This document shows, one piece after another, positions 62,787 to 64,000 of a stretch of DNA of 64,000 bases; position 1 is the first letter of the stretch, and every line of letters begins with the position of its first letter. This DNA is from Octopus vulgaris (Eukaryota): assembly GCA_951406725.2 (NCBI GenBank), contig OX597816.1:79236001-79300000 (forward strand). Reading direction: 5' to 3'. The position numbers were made by a program, and so were the translations under genes. A model generated the notes under the pieces. It saw only the letters and a list, made by a program, of their open reading frames with translations, was not told the DNA's origin and made no database searches.

Positions 62787-64000
62787 TTAAGTACTATTGT
62801 AGTATGTTTATATATATGCAGGTATTATTAGTACTACTTGTGATATTATTCAATGATTGGTGACTAAATTGATTTGTTAGGCTAGGAGACTGTTGATAAT
62901 AGTCTTCAGTCTTAAAAAGAGGACCTGCACAGCAGGGATGAACTTTTTGTAAGCCAATGGCCATCCATGACTCTATTGGTTTGCATGGAAAGTCTCATGG
63001 AAAGAAGAGCTTATCTCAAAGCAACTATTACCTGGTATTAAAGCTTGTCTCTTTGGTTGTTTTACTGTAATTCTCCTCTTCTTGACTGCTACTTATTCTT
63101 TAACTTGTCCACTCCTTGCTGTCCAATCTATTCTCAAAAACAAATAATTTTGTCCCACCCCGCTACTTTCTTTCCACAACATATGCATTACATCTGAGTT
63201 TTTACCACTTTGTCACAGTTATTTCTCTTTGTGGATTCTCAGATCCTTATCATTCTCTGGAGGATCTATCAAATTCTCTGGATCTTTTACTGAATTACAA
63301 ATAGGAGGGGAGGAGTACTATTCAGAATAAATACTGGTTTTGAGAAATTGGAAAGAGAAAGAGTAAGAAGAAATTATTGTAGAAGGTATAAAAGGAGAGA
63401 GAAAAGAGAAAACATGAAGCCATAAAAGTAAGTATTTTTGCTAGGCAAAGAGAAGTACAATGTGAAAGGAAAATACGAAGTATGTGACAAAATAAGGGTG
63501 GAAAATAAAGGAAAAAAAAGGTATGAAGATATTGTAAAATATTGTAAAAAGAGAGGTGTATAGAAAACAAGATAAAGAAAGGCAGAAGGAGAGAGCAAAG
63601 AAACAGAAAGAAAATGGAAAGGATGCCTGATATTCTGCAAAGAAGAGTTGTAAATCTATTTTTTGCTTGCTGTTCTCTCTCCCTTTTACAATGGCAGTGT
63701 GTTTAACACATTCGGATCATTGGTGTACGGCATTCTGGGACACCATGTTTCAACATGTTTTTTCTTGTCAGTCATAAGTAGCCAGAACTTTGAGCATGAA
63801 CTAAGCCACTGGCTTTGTTTATACTTTCAGTGAACAAATTATTTGCTGATTGGTGTTTATATCTGCCAACTGGTAAAAATAAATCGCTGTGTACTGTGTG
63901 AATTGAGTTCTTGGACATATTTATTCTTAGCAATTCTCACCAGGTTCAGACTCAAAATATGATGGTTACTGTAGTATTCATCAGAGGAGAATAACTTTGT

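Noticed and set aside
60320-64000. Host gene exons in the terminal AT-rich region
   Set aside because: No ORF with recognisable motifs or convincing splice-site pairs

Overview
Eukaryotic (metazoan) genomic DNA, AT-rich and extremely rich in microsatellites and transposons. The mix of SINE, RTE, R4 and Penelope elements suggests a cephalopod such as Octopus; this is an inference from repeat content. No host protein-coding gene can be supported, and the window is essentially a stack of mobile elements. LINEs: two Tx1/L1-clade copies, both embedded in (TATC)n tracts; a near-intact full-length RTE LINE plus several decayed RTE and CR1 pieces; at least five R4/Dong-type RLE fragments next to (TAA)n/(TGA)n tracts; Penelope-like remnants carrying several hammerhead-ribozyme-like motifs. 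DNA transposons: a Merlin-like TIR element, a Chapaev3-like transposase remnant, a full-length mariner, and Helitron-like ends. Other: many tRNA-derived SINEs and a young, structurally complete Ty3/Gypsy provirus (412-bp LTRs, 4-bp TSD, tRNA-Trp PBS, -1 frameshift signal). Best novelty candidates are a Tx1 family that appears to target (GATA/TATC)n microsatellites, the set of variant hammerhead motifs, a perfect fold-back that includes a LINE tail, and an NRF1/ETS palindrome in the LTR. All coordinates were read by eye, so the ends of degenerate elements are approximate.
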